DNA of 57,347 nt, taken from the NCBI GenBank assembly GCA_037446635.1, contig JBBIIG010000008.1:53184-110530 (forward strand), read 5' to 3'. Source of the DNA: a bacterium (lineage in GTDB: Bacteria > Zhuqueibacterota > Zhuqueibacteria > Oceanimicrobiales > Oceanimicrobiaceae). Shown piece after piece: positions 9,152 to 19,905 of this stretch. The notes beneath the pieces were generated by a model. That model saw nothing but the letters and a program-made list of their open reading frames with translations. It had not been told where the DNA came from and did no database searches. Position 1 is the first letter of the stretch. Each line of letters begins with the position of its first letter. Made by a program: the position numbers and the translations under genes.

Positions 9152-9307
9152 ATGAAGAGAACATTTCAACCACGTAATCGCAAACGACTCAACAAGCACG
9201 GCTTTCGCGCGCGGATGAAAACCAAAGCCGGGCGATTGGTTTTAAAGAGTCGCCGGGCAAAGGGCAGGAAGCGCCTCACGGTCAGCGACAGCACACGGCT
9301 ATCGTGA
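9152..9307 (+). CDS. rpmH: 50S ribosomal protein L34 (51 aa; not in the ORF track)
   Basis: Hand translation [51 protein letters not shown]. Located immediately before rnpA. Confidence 0.97.
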   Translation: MKRTFQPRNRKRLNKHGFRARMKTKAGRLVLKSRRAKGRKRLTVSDSTRLS

Positions 9308-9648
9308 AGCGGCTGGGTTTAAATAAAAATCAGATCATTCGACGGGCCGCGGATTTTAACCGACTATTCAAAGAGGGCAAGCGCTATTCATCTACTTTCT
9401 TTTCATTATTTGCTGCTGACTCCGAGCGAACGAGATTTGGGGTCGCGGTTTCCAGCAAAGTCGCCAGTGCGGTTAAGCGAAATCGAGCGCGAAGGAAAAC
9501 CAAAGAGATTCTGCGATTGCATCAAGAGCGATTGCCTAAAAAAAAAGATCTGATCCTGCTGGCCACGCCAACAGTCGTGTTTGAACCGCAGTCGCGGCTT
9601 ATTAAAGATTTTCAGACTCTTCTCGATAAAGTGATACAAAATAAATGA
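9304..9648 (+). CDS. rnpA: Ribonuclease P protein component
   Basis: [21 protein letters not shown] motif and synteny. Confidence 0.95.
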   Translation: MKRLGLNKNQIIRRAADFNRLFKEGKRYSSTFFSLFAADSERTRFGVAVSSKVASAVKRNRARRKTKEILRLHQERLPKKKDLILLATPTVVFEPQSRLIKDFQTLLDKVIQNK

Positions 9649-9854
9649 AGGTGATTGGCGTTTTTTTAATTCGGTTTTACCAGGCGCTTATTTCGCCGAT
9701 TCTCCCCGATTCTTGTCGCTTCTATCCCACTTGTTCCGAATATGCTTTACAAGCGATCCAAAAGTACGGCTTCTTCAAAGGCGCCTGGTTGGGCTTGCGG
9801 CGAATATTAAAATGCCATCCCTTCCACCCGGGTGGGGTTGATCCTCTGATCTAA
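9645..9854 (+). CDS. yidD: Membrane protein insertion efficiency factor
   Basis: [10 protein letters not shown]...CHPFHPGG motif and synteny. Confidence 0.95.
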   Translation: MKVIGVFLIRFYQALISPILPDSCRFYPTCSEYALQAIQKYGFFKGAWLGLRRILKCHPFHPGGVDPLI

Positions 9855-9868
9855 AAAGACAAAAACAG

Positions 9869-11620
9869 ATGGAATTCGATAAAAAAACCATACTCGCCTT
9901 TGCATTGATCGGTTTGATTTTGATAATCATGCAAACCGATTTTTACCAAAAGCGTTTTCTCCCGAAGCCAGAAAACAAAGTTCCGCCGGTAACTGAAAGA
10001 AGTGAGCCAACCGGAGAACTGGCGGCGACGACTCCACCGCCACAGTCCACCTTCGAACGGGCTCAAATCAGCGGTTTTGAAAATCTGATAGGCGCCGGCG
10101 AGCCGGTTACCGTTGAAAATAAATTCTTTCGGGCTGAGTTCTCAACTCAGGGGGCGACGTTGCGTACTTTGGTTTTCAAAGAATTTTTTTTAGTAGATAA
10201 AACCACGCCTGTTGAGTTGGTCGGCGAGCCGGAGCACGGCAATCTGGCTGCCCTGCTCCCCACGCGAACCGACACCCTCGACACCGGCTTACTGCTGTTC
10301 ACCGCCAACAAAAAGAAAATTTCGCTTAGTGAAAGCCACCCAGTGGATTCATTGCAGTTTACCGTTTCCCTCGACAACTATCATCAATTGAGGAAAACCT
10401 ACTACTTCTATTACGATCGCTACGATTTTAAACTCAATCTTGAAATACAAAATCTGAATTATCTATTTGATGGCTACTCATATTCTTTGGTTTGGCGTTC
10501 TGGCTTGAATTCAACCGAACCGGATTTTGAGCAGGATATGAGTAAGTCTTTGGCTTATGCTTATCAAGGCAGCATCGAGAAATTTGATGCCGGCAGCAAG
10601 TTCGAGCCCAGTGATTGGGATCATCCCACCGATTGGGTTGCGGTTCGCACCAAATATTTTGCGGTGGCGGTCATCCCAACGGATGCAAAAGGCCAGGGCG
10701 TGCGGTTTCATTCAGAAAAAATAAGCGTTGGCAAAAAGTCGCCGTTGAAAAAATATGAGTTTGAGCTACAGATGCCGTTTGGAAATCAAGCGCGGGTGGC
10801 CAACAGTTTTACGATCTATGTTGGGCCGTTAAGCTATGATTTACTAAAAGTTTACGGCGCCGATCTCGAGGATATGCTGGATTTGGGCGGAAGCATTTTT
10901 CGCCCGTTCGGCAAGTTTATTCTTTGGTGTTTCATTCGCCTCCACGAAGTGATTCCCAACTATGGTTTTGTGATCGTGGTATTTTCGATTCTGATTAAGA
11001 TCGTTCTCTATCCGCTTACGAAAAAAAGTTTTCAATCCATGAAGGAGATGCAGACCCTGCAGCCGCTGATGCAGGAAATCAACGAGAAATATAATAACGA
11101 TCCGCAGAAAAAGCAGCAGGAGATCATGAATTTATACAAGGAGCACGGTATCAACCCCTTGGGTGGATGCTTGCCCATGCTCCTGCAATTGCCGCTGCTA
11201 TATGCGTTGTTTCAGGTGTTCCAGTCCACCATCGAGCTGCGCCAGGCTGAATTTATTTGGTGGATCAAAGATCTCTCTCGCCCAGATACGGTTGCACTTC
11301 TGCCCTTTACCCTTCCTCTTTATGGCAACACGCTCAACATCCTGCCGCTTTTTATGGGAGTCACCATGTTCATCCAACAGAAAATGTCGATGAAAGATCC
11401 GAAGCAAAAGGCGTTGGTTTACATCATGCCCATTTTCTTTACTTTGTTGTTCAATGGTTTCCCCTCGGGATTGAACTTGTATTATGCATTGTTTAATGTA
11501 TTGAGCATTGCACAGGAGAAGCTCATTCCGTATCATCCCAAAAAGCCGGAAGAGATGAAGCCCAAAAAGTCTTCTAAAAGACGAATTAAGCATGATTACC
11601 GAGGGCGCTATTACAAATGA
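9869..11620 (+). CDS. yidC: Membrane protein insertase
   Basis: NPLGGCLPMLLQLP, WIKDLS and PSGLNLY motifs, with a large periplasmic domain. Confidence 0.96.
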   Translation: MEFDKKTILAFALIGLILIIMQTDFYQKRFLPKPENKVPPVTERSEPTGELAATTPPPQSTFERAQISGFENLIGAGEPVTVENKFFRAEFSTQGATLRTLVFKEFFLVDKTTPVELVGEPEHGNLAALLPTRTDTLDTGLLLFTANKKKISLSESHPVDSLQFTVSLDNYHQLRKTYYFYYDRYDFKLNLEIQNLNYLFDGYSYSLVWRSGLNSTEPDFEQDMSKSLAYAYQGSIEKFDAGSKFEPSDWDHPTDWVAVRTKYFAVAVIPTDAKGQGVRFHSEKISVGKKSPLKKYEFELQMPFGNQARVANSFTIYVGPLSYDLLKVYGADLEDMLDLGGSIFRPFGKFILWCFIRLHEVIPNYGFVIVVFSILIKIVLYPLTKKSFQSMKEMQTLQPLMQEINEKYNNDPQKKQQEIMNLYKEHGINPLGGCLPMLLQLPLLYALFQVFQSTIELRQAEFIWWIKDLSRPDTVALLPFTLPLYGNTLNILPLFMGVTMFIQQKMSMKDPKQKALVYIMPIFFTLLFNGFPSGLNLYYALFNVLSIAQEKLIPYHPKKPEEMKPKKSSKRRIKHDYRGRYYK

Positions 11621-11655
11621 TTTTTTGGCCGTGACCGCAAGTTGGTAAATCCGTA

Positions 11656-11686
11656 AGCCCTGCATCCCATGTGGGGCTGTTTTTTT
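11656..11686 (+). terminator. Rho-independent terminator after yidC
   Basis: AGCCCTGCAT-ccc-ATGTGGGGCT stem (two G:U pairs) followed by a T7 tract. Confidence 0.65.
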
Positions 11687-11701
11687 AGGTTGTATCCAGT
11701 T

Positions 11702-13132
11702 ATGAAAATCCTCGACGATACCATTGCCGCTATCTCCACACCTCTGGGCAGCGGCGGAATTGCTGTCATTCGCATCAGTGGTCCGCATTCCATCGTCGTC
11801 GCCGATCAAATTTTTTCAGCAAAAACACGCTTAACGGAAGCGGAGTCGCATCGAGCTTACTTTGGCAAACTCATTGATCCAGATTCTGCCGCTCATGGAA
11901 ATTATCAGAACTCCGGCTTTTTGGACGAGGTAGTTGTTACGGTTTTTCGCGCGCCGCGCTCTTATACTCGAGAAGATGTGGTTGAGATAAGCTGCCACGG
12001 CGGCTATTATCATACTCGGCGAATTTTAGAATTGCTATTGAAACGCGGCTGCCGTTTAGCCGAGCCGGGAGAATTCACCCAGCGCGCATTTTTAAACGGG
12101 CGATTGGATTTATCGCAAGCGGAGGCTGTAGGCGACATGATACGGGCAAAAACCGAACTGAGCCTACGAGCCGCACGGTCGCAGTTTCAAGGATTTTTCT
12201 CGGAACGGATCCGTGCGCTGCGGCAGCAGTTGCTCGACACGTGCTCGCTGTTAGAATTGGAATTAGATTTTGCCGAGGAAGACGTGCGGTTTGCAGACCG
12301 CTCTGAAATTCAAGCGAAATTAGCGAGCACAATATTGCAGGTTGAGGAGTTTCTCGAAAGTTATCGGCGCGGCAAAATCATTCGCGAAGGCGCGAAGCTG
12401 GTCATCGTTGGCAAACCCAACGTGGGAAAGTCGAGTTTGCTCAACGCGCTGCTAAAGGAAGATCGCGCTATTGTAACTGAGATTCCAGGCACCACGCGCG
12501 ACGTTTTGGAAGAGCAGCTTTCGTTGGGGGGTGTTCTTTTTAGGGTGGTGGACACGGCTGGGGTGCGCGACACCGACGACCGCATCGAGCGCGAGGGAGT
12601 CAACCGTACTATCAACCAAGTTGTCGAGGCTGATGTGGTTTTATTTCTGTTCGATGGATCCGAAGAATTCAATCACCAGGACTTTGAAGTTATCCAACAA
12701 GTTTTGCAAGTGAGGAGCTCGCCGGAATCTCAAAACTTTGTGGCCGCCATAAACAAGATTGATTTGCCGCTTTTGATTGATAAACAGGAAATCACCGGGT
12801 GGTTGCCAAATTCACCGTTAGTTGAAATTTCAGCAAAAAATTTGATGGGGCTGGAGCGATTGGAAGCAGCGTTGTTGAGTGTAGCCTTCGGCAAAGAGGG
12901 CGTCATTTTAAACGGTGAGCCGGTGGTTACTAATCTTCGACAGAAGGAGGCGTTGGAACGAGCCCTCTCGGCGTTGAAGCTCGCGTTGGAAAATCTCGCG
13001 CGCGGTTTGTCCGCAGAGTTTGTAGCGTTGGATTTGCGAAACGCCATGGATTGCCTCGGCGAAATCATCGGAGAGGTTTCAACCGAGGAAATTCTCGGAA
13101 ACATTTTCTCAAAATTTTGCATTGGCAAGTAA
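11702..13132 (+). CDS. mnmE: tRNA modification GTPase
   Basis: DTIAAISTP, GKPNVGKSS, DTAG and NKID motifs, with C-terminal FCIGK. Confidence 0.96.
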   Translation: MKILDDTIAAISTPLGSGGIAVIRISGPHSIVVADQIFSAKTRLTEAESHRAYFGKLIDPDSAAHGNYQNSGFLDEVVVTVFRAPRSYTREDVVEISCHGGYYHTRRILELLLKRGCRLAEPGEFTQRAFLNGRLDLSQAEAVGDMIRAKTELSLRAARSQFQGFFSERIRALRQQLLDTCSLLELELDFAEEDVRFADRSEIQAKLASTILQVEEFLESYRRGKIIREGAKLVIVGKPNVGKSSLLNALLKEDRAIVTEIPGTTRDVLEEQLSLGGVLFRVVDTAGVRDTDDRIEREGVNRTINQVVEADVVLFLFDGSEEFNHQDFEVIQQVLQVRSSPESQNFVAAINKIDLPLLIDKQEITGWLPNSPLVEISAKNLMGLERLEAALLSVAFGKEGVILNGEPVVTNLRQKEALERALSALKLALENLARGLSAEFVALDLRNAMDCLGEIIGEVSTEEILGNIFSKFCIGK

Positions 13133-13134
13133 AA

Positions 13135-13150
13135 TGTTTCACGTGAAACA
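13135..13150. promoter_or_regulatory. parS centromere-like site
   Basis: Perfect consensus TGTTTCACGTGAAACA. Confidence 0.92.
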
Positions 13151-13159
13151 GGTGTAGCC

Positions 13160-15076
13160 ATGAATCTCAAAATCAACCCAGACGATATTTATGATGTCGT
13201 AGTCGTTGGCGCCGGCCACGCCGGCACCGAGGCGGCCTTGGCGGCGGCGCGCATGGGCGCCAAAACCATGCTGATGACCATGAATATTTTCACGATTGGC
13301 CAGATGTCCTGCAACCCCGCCATTGGTGGGTTGGCAAAAGGCCAACTTGTGAAAGAAATTGACGCCATGGGCGGCCAAATGGGGGTGGCCACCGATGAGG
13401 CCGGCATTCAATTTCGTATGCTTAATCGCTCCAAGGGCCCGGCCGTGTGGTCGCCGCGCGCCCAATGCGATCGCCTCCTTTACGCCCAGAAAATCCGCCA
13501 GGCCTGTGAGCAGCAGCCGAACCTGGACCTGCGCCAGGGCATGGCCGTTGCGATTGAGATCGAAAATCGCCGCGTTGTGGGCATTCGAACCGAAACCGGC
13601 AGCCTCATCAAAGCGCGCGCGGTAATTTTAACCGCTGGCACTTTCCTGAACGGACTCATTCACATTGGCGAAATTCATTATCCAGCGGGACGCGCCGGCG
13701 AATTTTCCGCGAAAGGCATCACGGAATGTTTGGTGGAATTGGGCTTCGAATCCGGGCGGTTGAAAACCGGCACACCGCCCCGCCTCGATGGCACGACCAT
13801 CGACTTTTCTAAAACCGAAATTCAGCCCGGCGATGAACCGCCCACGCCGTTTTCGTTCCGGCACGAAACGATCGAGGTTGAGCAAATGCCGTGTTTTTTG
13901 ACTTACACCAACAGCCGAACCCACGAAATCCTGCGCAAGGGATTCGACCGCTCCCCCATGTTCACGGGGCGAATCCAGGGGGTGGGACCGCGCTATTGCC
14001 CCTCCATCGAAGACAAAATCAACCGCTTCGCCGATAAGGAGCGCCATCAGATTTTTCTGGAGCCGGAGGGCCGCAACACCACTGAATATTACGTCAATGG
14101 TTTTTCAACCAGTTTGCCGGAAGAAATTCAGTTGGAAGGAATTCGCTCCATCCCTGGCTTGGAAAACGTAAAAGTCACTCGCCTCGGCTACGCGGTTGAG
14201 TATGATTTTTTCCCTCCGACGCAGATTCTCGCCAGTCTGGAAACGAAATTAATTCAGAATCTCTTTTTTGCTGGCCAAATCAACGGCACTACCGGTTACG
14301 AGGAGGCGGCCTGCCAGGGCTTCATGGCGGGCGTCAACGCGGTGCTGAAAGTTCGCGGGGAGGAGCCCTTCATTTTAGATCGCTCTGAGGCTTACGTGGG
14401 CGTCCTCATCGACGATCTGGTCACCAAAGGCACCATCGAGCCTTATCGCATGTTCACGTCCCGCGCTGAACACCGGCTGATTCTGCGCCAGGACAACGCC
14501 GATTTACGCTTGATGGAGTACGGCTATCGCTATGGGCTGATTGCGGCTGAGGACTATCGCAAGATGACCCTCAAACGGTCGCGCATCGAAACGGCGCTGG
14601 AAGAGTTGAAAACCTGCCGGGTGAGCGCCGAAGAAATCAATCCGGTTCTTGAAAAAATCGGTTCGACGCCCATCGTTGACAAAGAAACGCTGTACAATTT
14701 GTTGAAACGGCCGGAACTGGAAATTTACCATTTGAGAAAACTGAGCCGGGTGGATATTTTAAATCATTGGGGTGATCGCGGCTGGGATGCGGTGCGCGAG
14801 CAAGTGGCGATTGCGATTAAGTACGAAGGATTTATTCATCGGCAGAACAAGAGCGCGGAGCGGCTGCGGCAGTTGGAGTCGCGGACGATCCCGCAGAATT
14901 TTGATTATTTGAGCATCCGCGCGTTTTCCGCCGAAGCCAGGGAGAAGCTGCACAAAATTCGGCCGCGCAGCATCGGGCAGGCGTCACGGATTTCCGGAGT
15001 GTCGCCGGCCGACATCTCCATTTTGTTGGTGCATTTGAACCGGCCAGCCGCCCAGCGTGTTTCACGTGAAACATGA
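13160..15076 (+). CDS. mnmG: tRNA uridine-5-carboxymethylaminomethyl modification enzyme
   Basis: VVGAGHAG, MSCNPAIGG, GPRYCPSIEDK and GQINGTTGYEEAA motifs. Confidence 0.97.
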   Translation: MNLKINPDDIYDVVVVGAGHAGTEAALAAARMGAKTMLMTMNIFTIGQMSCNPAIGGLAKGQLVKEIDAMGGQMGVATDEAGIQFRMLNRSKGPAVWSPRAQCDRLLYAQKIRQACEQQPNLDLRQGMAVAIEIENRRVVGIRTETGSLIKARAVILTAGTFLNGLIHIGEIHYPAGRAGEFSAKGITECLVELGFESGRLKTGTPPRLDGTTIDFSKTEIQPGDEPPTPFSFRHETIEVEQMPCFLTYTNSRTHEILRKGFDRSPMFTGRIQGVGPRYCPSIEDKINRFADKERHQIFLEPEGRNTTEYYVNGFSTSLPEEIQLEGIRSIPGLENVKVTRLGYAVEYDFFPPTQILASLETKLIQNLFFAGQINGTTGYEEAACQGFMAGVNAVLKVRGEEPFILDRSEAYVGVLIDDLVTKGTIEPYRMFTSRAEHRLILRQDNADLRLMEYGYRYGLIAAEDYRKMTLKRSRIETALEELKTCRVSAEEINPVLEKIGSTPIVDKETLYNLLKRPELEIYHLRKLSRVDILNHWGDRGWDAVREQVAIAIKYEGFIHRQNKSAERLRQLESRTIPQNFDYLSIRAFSAEAREKLHKIRPRSIGQASRISGVSPADISILLVHLNRPAAQRVSRET

Positions 15077-15701
15077 ATTCCAAAAATTAGCGATCGCGCT
15101 CACCGAGCGGCAAATTCAGCAGTTTGAACTTTACCGGGACGCGATTCTTGCCTGGAACGACCGCGCCAGCTTGATTTCAAAAGGCGATGAGCGCCGTATC
15201 CTTGAGCGGCACTTTCTGGAAAGCGCTGCGCTGCTGCATTTAAAACGAGTCGCTGCCGCGGCAGAGGTTCTGGACTTGGGCAGCGGCGCTGGCTTTCCCG
15301 GCGTTCCCCTCAAAATCTTGAAACCGGAGTTGTGCTTGACTTTGCTGGATTCCCGGCGCATCAAAGCGCTTTTTTTAGAAAATCTAATTCAAAAGTTGGG
15401 CTTAGATCGGGTTTCGGTGGTGTGTGAGCGCGCGGAGAATCTCAAAAACCACCCGGATTTTCAACATAAATTCGATGCGGTTCTCAGCCGCGCGGTCGGT
15501 GACCTGTCAAAAGTATATCGCTGGGCGCGCCCGTTTTTGAAACCCGCGGGCGTGTTTGTTGCCATCAAAGGTTCTCAATTGGATGCCGAGCTGCGGCGGT
15601 TCCGTTCTGATTTTCCGACCGCAGAAATCGCTCTCGAAAACTTTCCAACCTGCCTCGACGCCACCGCACGCAACCAAAGAATTGTCTGTATCAGCACATG
15701 A
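15057..15701 (+). CDS. rsmG: 16S rRNA m7G527 methyltransferase (start uncertain: GTG 15057 or 15066)
   Basis: LDLGSGAGFPG, RAE and SRAV motifs, and synteny. Confidence 0.92.
   Translation: MFHVKHEFQKLAIALTERQIQQFELYRDAILAWNDRASLISKGDERRILERHFLESAALLHLKRVAAAAEVLDLGSGAGFPGVPLKILKPELCLTLLDSRRIKALFLENLIQKLGLDRVSVVCERAENLKNHPDFQHKFDAVLSRAVGDLSKVYRWARPFLKPAGVFVAIKGSQLDAELRRFRSDFPTAEIALENFPTCLDATARNQRIVCIST
15058..15073. promoter_or_regulatory. parS site within the mnmG/rsmG overlap
   Basis: Perfect TGTTTCACGTGAAACA. It encodes VSRET in mnmG and FHVKH in rsmG. Confidence 0.92.
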
Positions 15702-18700
15702 GCATCACCGAAAAACTCTTTGAAAAAATTCACCGCGCGCCAAAGGTGATGGAGCTGACCGAACGCCTGCAGCGACAGCCGTTCGTGCACGTCAAAGGGG
15801 CGGCTGGTGCGCTTAAAGCTCTTCTGCTGGCAGATTTGTTTAGGAGCTTCTCTCGACCGGTCGCTTATTTCGGATATGATTTGGAGACCCTCGAAGCTTT
15901 GAAGGAAGAAGTCGAGCTGTTTACGAATCCGCAGTCGGTTTCCTACTTTCCTGCCTTTGGCAGCGCCAGGTCGTCTCATCAATTCGCCGATGTGTTTTCG
16001 AAGAGTCAGCGCCTCACCGCGCTGGAGTCGCTCGCTGAAAACAAAAGGCAAATTGTCGTCGCGCATTGCGATAGCTTGCTTGACCGCTTGCCGGCCCCCA
16101 ACCAATTTTTAAAGCAGAAGATTAAACTTGTCGTGAACGCGACCCTCGAATTTGCGGAATTCATCGAAAAACTAATTGGGCTGGGTTTTATCAGAGAGTC
16201 GCGGGTGGAGATGCCGGGGGAGATGAGCGTGCGCGGCGGAATCGTCGATGTTTTTCCGCACCCCGCGGACTACCCTCTGCGAATCGAATTTTGGGAGAAC
16301 ACCATTTCCTCCCTGCGAAAATTCGATCCGCTAACCCAGCGCTCTTTAGAAAAAATCAACGAGGTGGAGATTTATCCCCAGGAGATTGAGGCGCAGGCCG
16401 GCGCGAGAACCAGCGCCACGCTGCTGGATTTTCTCGCGAGCGATACCATCGTCGTCCTCGATGAGCCGGATTTAATTCGAAAACAAATCGAAGAGGATTT
16501 ATTGCGCCGGGCAGATTCAGATTTTGACGATGATTTTATTCATTCGGCTTGGGAAAATATCTCCATAAAGGTCGAGCCGTTTCATCAGGTGCGGCTGGTC
16601 TCGTTTGGGCACGGTCTGGTGGAGGTGGTGGATCTCGGCGGCCGCGATCCGGAGTCGTTTAAGGGCAGCTTGAAACTTTTCAAAGAATTCGTCGAGCGTT
16701 TTAGTTCAGATAAAATGAGCGGCCACTCCGAGCCGCCGGCGATCTTTTTTCTTTGCGAAACTCGCCACCAGGCGCATCGCTTGGAGGACATTTTCAGCGA
16801 AGAAGGCATCTCAGCGCCCAATTTGGCCGTGGCGGCCCTGGGGTTGCACCACGGCTTTGTTTTTCCGGATTCAAATTTAGCCGTTTTCACCGATCACCAA
16901 TTTTATGGCCGCACCAAACGGCTGCGCTTGCCGCATAAATCCCACCGCGGCTTGACGCCCAAACAGTTCAAGGATTTGAAGATTGGCGATTTCGTGGTGC
17001 ACGTGGATCACGGCATTGGCGTCTATCGCGGCTTGAAAAAAATTACGGCGGCCGGCCACGAACGGGAATGTTTGCACCTCGAATACCGCGACGGCGACAG
17101 TCTGTACGTACGTTTTGAACGGATGGACCGCGTTCATAAATATTCGGCGCGGGACGGCATGCAGCCGCCGCTGAGCAAGTTGGGCGCGCCCGACTGGCAG
17201 CGGCTGAAGACGCGCACCAAAAAGCGCATTAAAGATATCGCCAACGAGTTGATTGAATTGTATGCGAAACGCAAAGCCCAGCCCGGCATCGCGCACGCGG
17301 CGGATTCTCTCTGGCAGCGGGAGCTCGAAGCCTCGTTTCCCTACGAGGACACGCCGGATCAACTCAAAGCCACGCTGGAAGTGAAACGCGACATGGAGAG
17401 CCCCAAGCCGATGGACCGGCTGGTTTGCGGCGACGTGGGCTTTGGCAAAACCGAGATTGCCGTGCGCGCCGCGTTTAAATCCGTGTTGGGCGGCAAGCAG
17501 GTGGCGTTGCTGGCTCCGACGACGCTTTTGGCTTACCAGCACCTCAACACCTTTCGCGAGCGCATGGCGCGATTTCCAGTAAAGATCGAAATGCTGTCGC
17601 GCTTTCGATCCGCCAGCGAACAGAAAAAAATCGTTCAGCGGCTGAAAAGCGGCGAGGTGGATATCGTTATCGGCACCCACCGACTATTATCGAAGGACGT
17701 TTCATTCAAGGATCTCGGATTGCTGATCGTGGATGAAGAACAGCGCTTCGGCGTTCGCCAAAAAGAGCGGCTGAAAAAATACAAAGCCACCGTCGATGTG
17801 CTGACCCTCACCGCCACACCCATCCCGCGCACCCTCCATCTTTCGTTGATGGGCGCGCGGGACATCACCAACATCAACACGCCGCCGGCCAACCGCTTGC
17901 CGATTCACACCGAAATTATCTCGTTGGACAAGCGCTACATCCGCGAAGTGATTTTGCGAGAGCTCGACCGCGGCGGTCAGGTGTTTTTCGTCCACAACCG
18001 GGTGCAAAGCATCGAACGCTACGCCCGCATGATCAGCGATTTGGTACCCGAAGCGCGGGTGGTGGTGGCGCACGGCCAAATGGAGGAGGACGAGTTAGAA
18101 CAGGTGATGGTGGATTTCATGGAAAAGAAATTTGACATACTGGTTTCGACCATGATCATTGAATCGGGCCTGGATATTCCCAACGTCAACACCATCATCG
18201 TCAATCGCGCCGACACCTTCGGGGTGGCGCAGCTCTATCAATTACGGGGACGAGTAGGGCGATCGCATCAGCGCGCTTACGCCTATCTCATCGCGCCGCC
18301 CATTGAAACGCTCACCCCGGAAGCCGTCAAGCGCCTGCGAGCTATCCAGGAGTTTGCGCAGTTGGGCTCCGGCAGTCTGCTGGCGCTGCGCGATCTCGAA
18401 ATCCGCGGCGCTGGCAATTTGTTGGGCGCGGAACAATCCGGTTTCATCGATCATCTCGGCTTCGATCTCTATAACAAAATTTTGGATGAAGCCGTCCGTG
18501 AATTAAAAAATGACAAGCCGCCGGAAGACGAATTGGAAACGCAAGTGGAGATCGATGTGGATGCGTTTATTCCGGAAAGTTATATGCCGTCCGCGGCCGA
18601 CCGCGTCGATATTTATCGTCGTCTGATCGACTGCCAATCGCTCGAGCAGGTTCAGGAATTGCGCGGCGAGATCGAGGACCGTTTTGGCAGGCCGCCAATT

Positions 18701-19039
18701 CAAATAGATAACCTACTGAATTTATATGTCTTGCGTCTTCTTGGCAAACACCTCGGCTTGAAGACCATACGAATCGAAGACCATCAAATGACGGCGGAGT
18801 TGGCGGCGGAACGGGTCAATTTTCAGGGGGAACCATTTAAATTATGGCTCCGTTCAATGGTCGTACATGCCTCAAAACCATTTGAGTTTATTCAAAATGA
18901 GACATTGGGCATTCGATTAAAATTCGAGCCGGAACTGAAAAATAGATTATCAGCCGCTGCCGATTTTTTGACCAGCCTATCTCACATTAACTCAGAAGAG
19001 ATGAAGCCAGTTGATTCCTCAGGAGGCGACATTGAATAA
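15698..19039 (+). CDS. mfd: Transcription-repair coupling factor
   Basis: [23 protein letters not shown] and QLRGRVGR motifs, with a TRCF C-terminus. Confidence 0.97.
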   Translation: MSITEKLFEKIHRAPKVMELTERLQRQPFVHVKGAAGALKALLLADLFRSFSRPVAYFGYDLETLEALKEEVELFTNPQSVSYFPAFGSARSSHQFADVFSKSQRLTALESLAENKRQIVVAHCDSLLDRLPAPNQFLKQKIKLVVNATLEFAEFIEKLIGLGFIRESRVEMPGEMSVRGGIVDVFPHPADYPLRIEFWENTISSLRKFDPLTQRSLEKINEVEIYPQEIEAQAGARTSATLLDFLASDTIVVLDEPDLIRKQIEEDLLRRADSDFDDDFIHSAWENISIKVEPFHQVRLVSFGHGLVEVVDLGGRDPESFKGSLKLFKEFVERFSSDKMSGHSEPPAIFFLCETRHQAHRLEDIFSEEGISAPNLAVAALGLHHGFVFPDSNLAVFTDHQFYGRTKRLRLPHKSHRGLTPKQFKDLKIGDFVVHVDHGIGVYRGLKKITAAGHERECLHLEYRDGDSLYVRFERMDRVHKYSARDGMQPPLSKLGAPDWQRLKTRTKKRIKDIANELIELYAKRKAQPGIAHAADSLWQRELEASFPYEDTPDQLKATLEVKRDMESPKPMDRLVCGDVGFGKTEIAVRAAFKSVLGGKQVALLAPTTLLAYQHLNTFRERMARFPVKIEMLSRFRSASEQKKIVQRLKSGEVDIVIGTHRLLSKDVSFKDLGLLIVDEEQRFGVRQKERLKKYKATVDVLTLTATPIPRTLHLSLMGARDITNINTPPANRLPIHTEIISLDKRYIREVILRELDRGGQVFFVHNRVQSIERYARMISDLVPEARVVVAHGQMEEDELEQVMVDFMEKKFDILVSTMIIESGLDIPNVNTIIVNRADTFGVAQLYQLRGRVGRSHQRAYAYLIAPPIETLTPEAVKRLRAIQEFAQLGSGSLLALRDLEIRGAGNLLGAEQSGFIDHLGFDLYNKILDEAVRELKNDKPPEDELETQVEIDVDAFIPESYMPSAADRVDIYRRLIDCQSLEQVQELRGEIEDRFGRPPIQIDNLLNLYVLRLLGKHLGLKTIRIEDHQMTAELAAERVNFQGEPFKLWLRSMVVHASKPFEFIQNETLGIRLKFEPELKNRLSAAADFLTSLSHINSEEMKPVDSSGGDIE

Positions 19040-19901
19040 AGCAACTCTTTTTCTCAGATTTTTTTCTCTGCTGATTTTTATCGGCTGCCAACAACCGCAG
19101 CCAGAGACCGATATCATCGCCCGGGTTGGAGACGCCAGTCTCTCCATTCGCGAGTTAAGCGAGGAAATACCCCAGCAATTGCAAACCAGCGCCAAGCAAA
19201 CCGAAATCAAAGAATATGTGATCAGATGGATCAATAAAGAAGTTTTGTATCAGGAGGCGTTGAGTCTTAAACTCGATCAACGGCCCGACTTTCAAAAAGA
19301 GCTGGCGCGGCTGAAGCGGGAGTTGATCATCAACGAGCTTTTGGAGCTGGCTATCGACCGCAACCCCATTAAAATTTCCGATGCCGAAATCCAAAACGTT
19401 TATGACCAGAGCGATGAAGATTTTTTGCTGAACGACGACGTGGTTCGCTGCTACCACATCCTTTGCAGCACGCGCGAAGAAGCCGAGAGCATCCGCAGCC
19501 AATTGGCGCAGGGGGTTGCGTTTGAGGAAGTGGTGGAGGCGATGAATCCCGATTCTCTCCGATTCCAAAATTGGGATTTGGGATATTTCACGAAAGAGCA
19601 AATCATTCCAGAAATCTCGAAGGTGGTGTTCAATCTGCCAGTCGGCGCCCATTCTTCTGCCATCAAATCGGATTTTGGATACCACATTTTGAAGGTCATC
19701 GATAAACGCAGCAAGGGCCAAAAACGGCACCTCTCCGACGTCAAAGAAGAAATCCGCATGCGGCTCACCGAGTTGAAGCGCCAGGAATATTATGAGCGCT
19801 TTCTTTTGCAAACCAAAAGCAAATATCAAATTCACTCCAATTTTCAATTGTTAGACGCCATGACCAGCGATTCATTGGTCAGCGCAAAAAAAGGAGAGTA
19901 A
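19032..19901 (+). CDS. Parvulin-type peptidyl-prolyl isomerase (SurA/PrsA-like lipoprotein); start uncertain
   Basis: Lipobox IFIGC and rotamase motifs HIL...DLGYF...SDFGYHILKV. AGGAGG precedes TTG 19032. Confidence 0.8.
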   Translation: MNKATLFLRFFSLLIFIGCQQPQPETDIIARVGDASLSIRELSEEIPQQLQTSAKQTEIKEYVIRWINKEVLYQEALSLKLDQRPDFQKELARLKRELIINELLELAIDRNPIKISDAEIQNVYDQSDEDFLLNDDVVRCYHILCSTREEAESIRSQLAQGVAFEEVVEAMNPDSLRFQNWDLGYFTKEQIIPEISKVVFNLPVGAHSSAIKSDFGYHILKVIDKRSKGQKRHLSDVKEEIRMRLTELKRQEYYERFLLQTKSKYQIHSNFQLLDAMTSDSLVSAKKGE

Positions 19902-19905
19902 TCTG

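Noticed and set aside
11875..11920. Repeat-derived insertion in MnmE (DPDSAAHGNYQNSG)
   Set aside because: This loop is naturally variable and shows no convincing palindrome or second copy.
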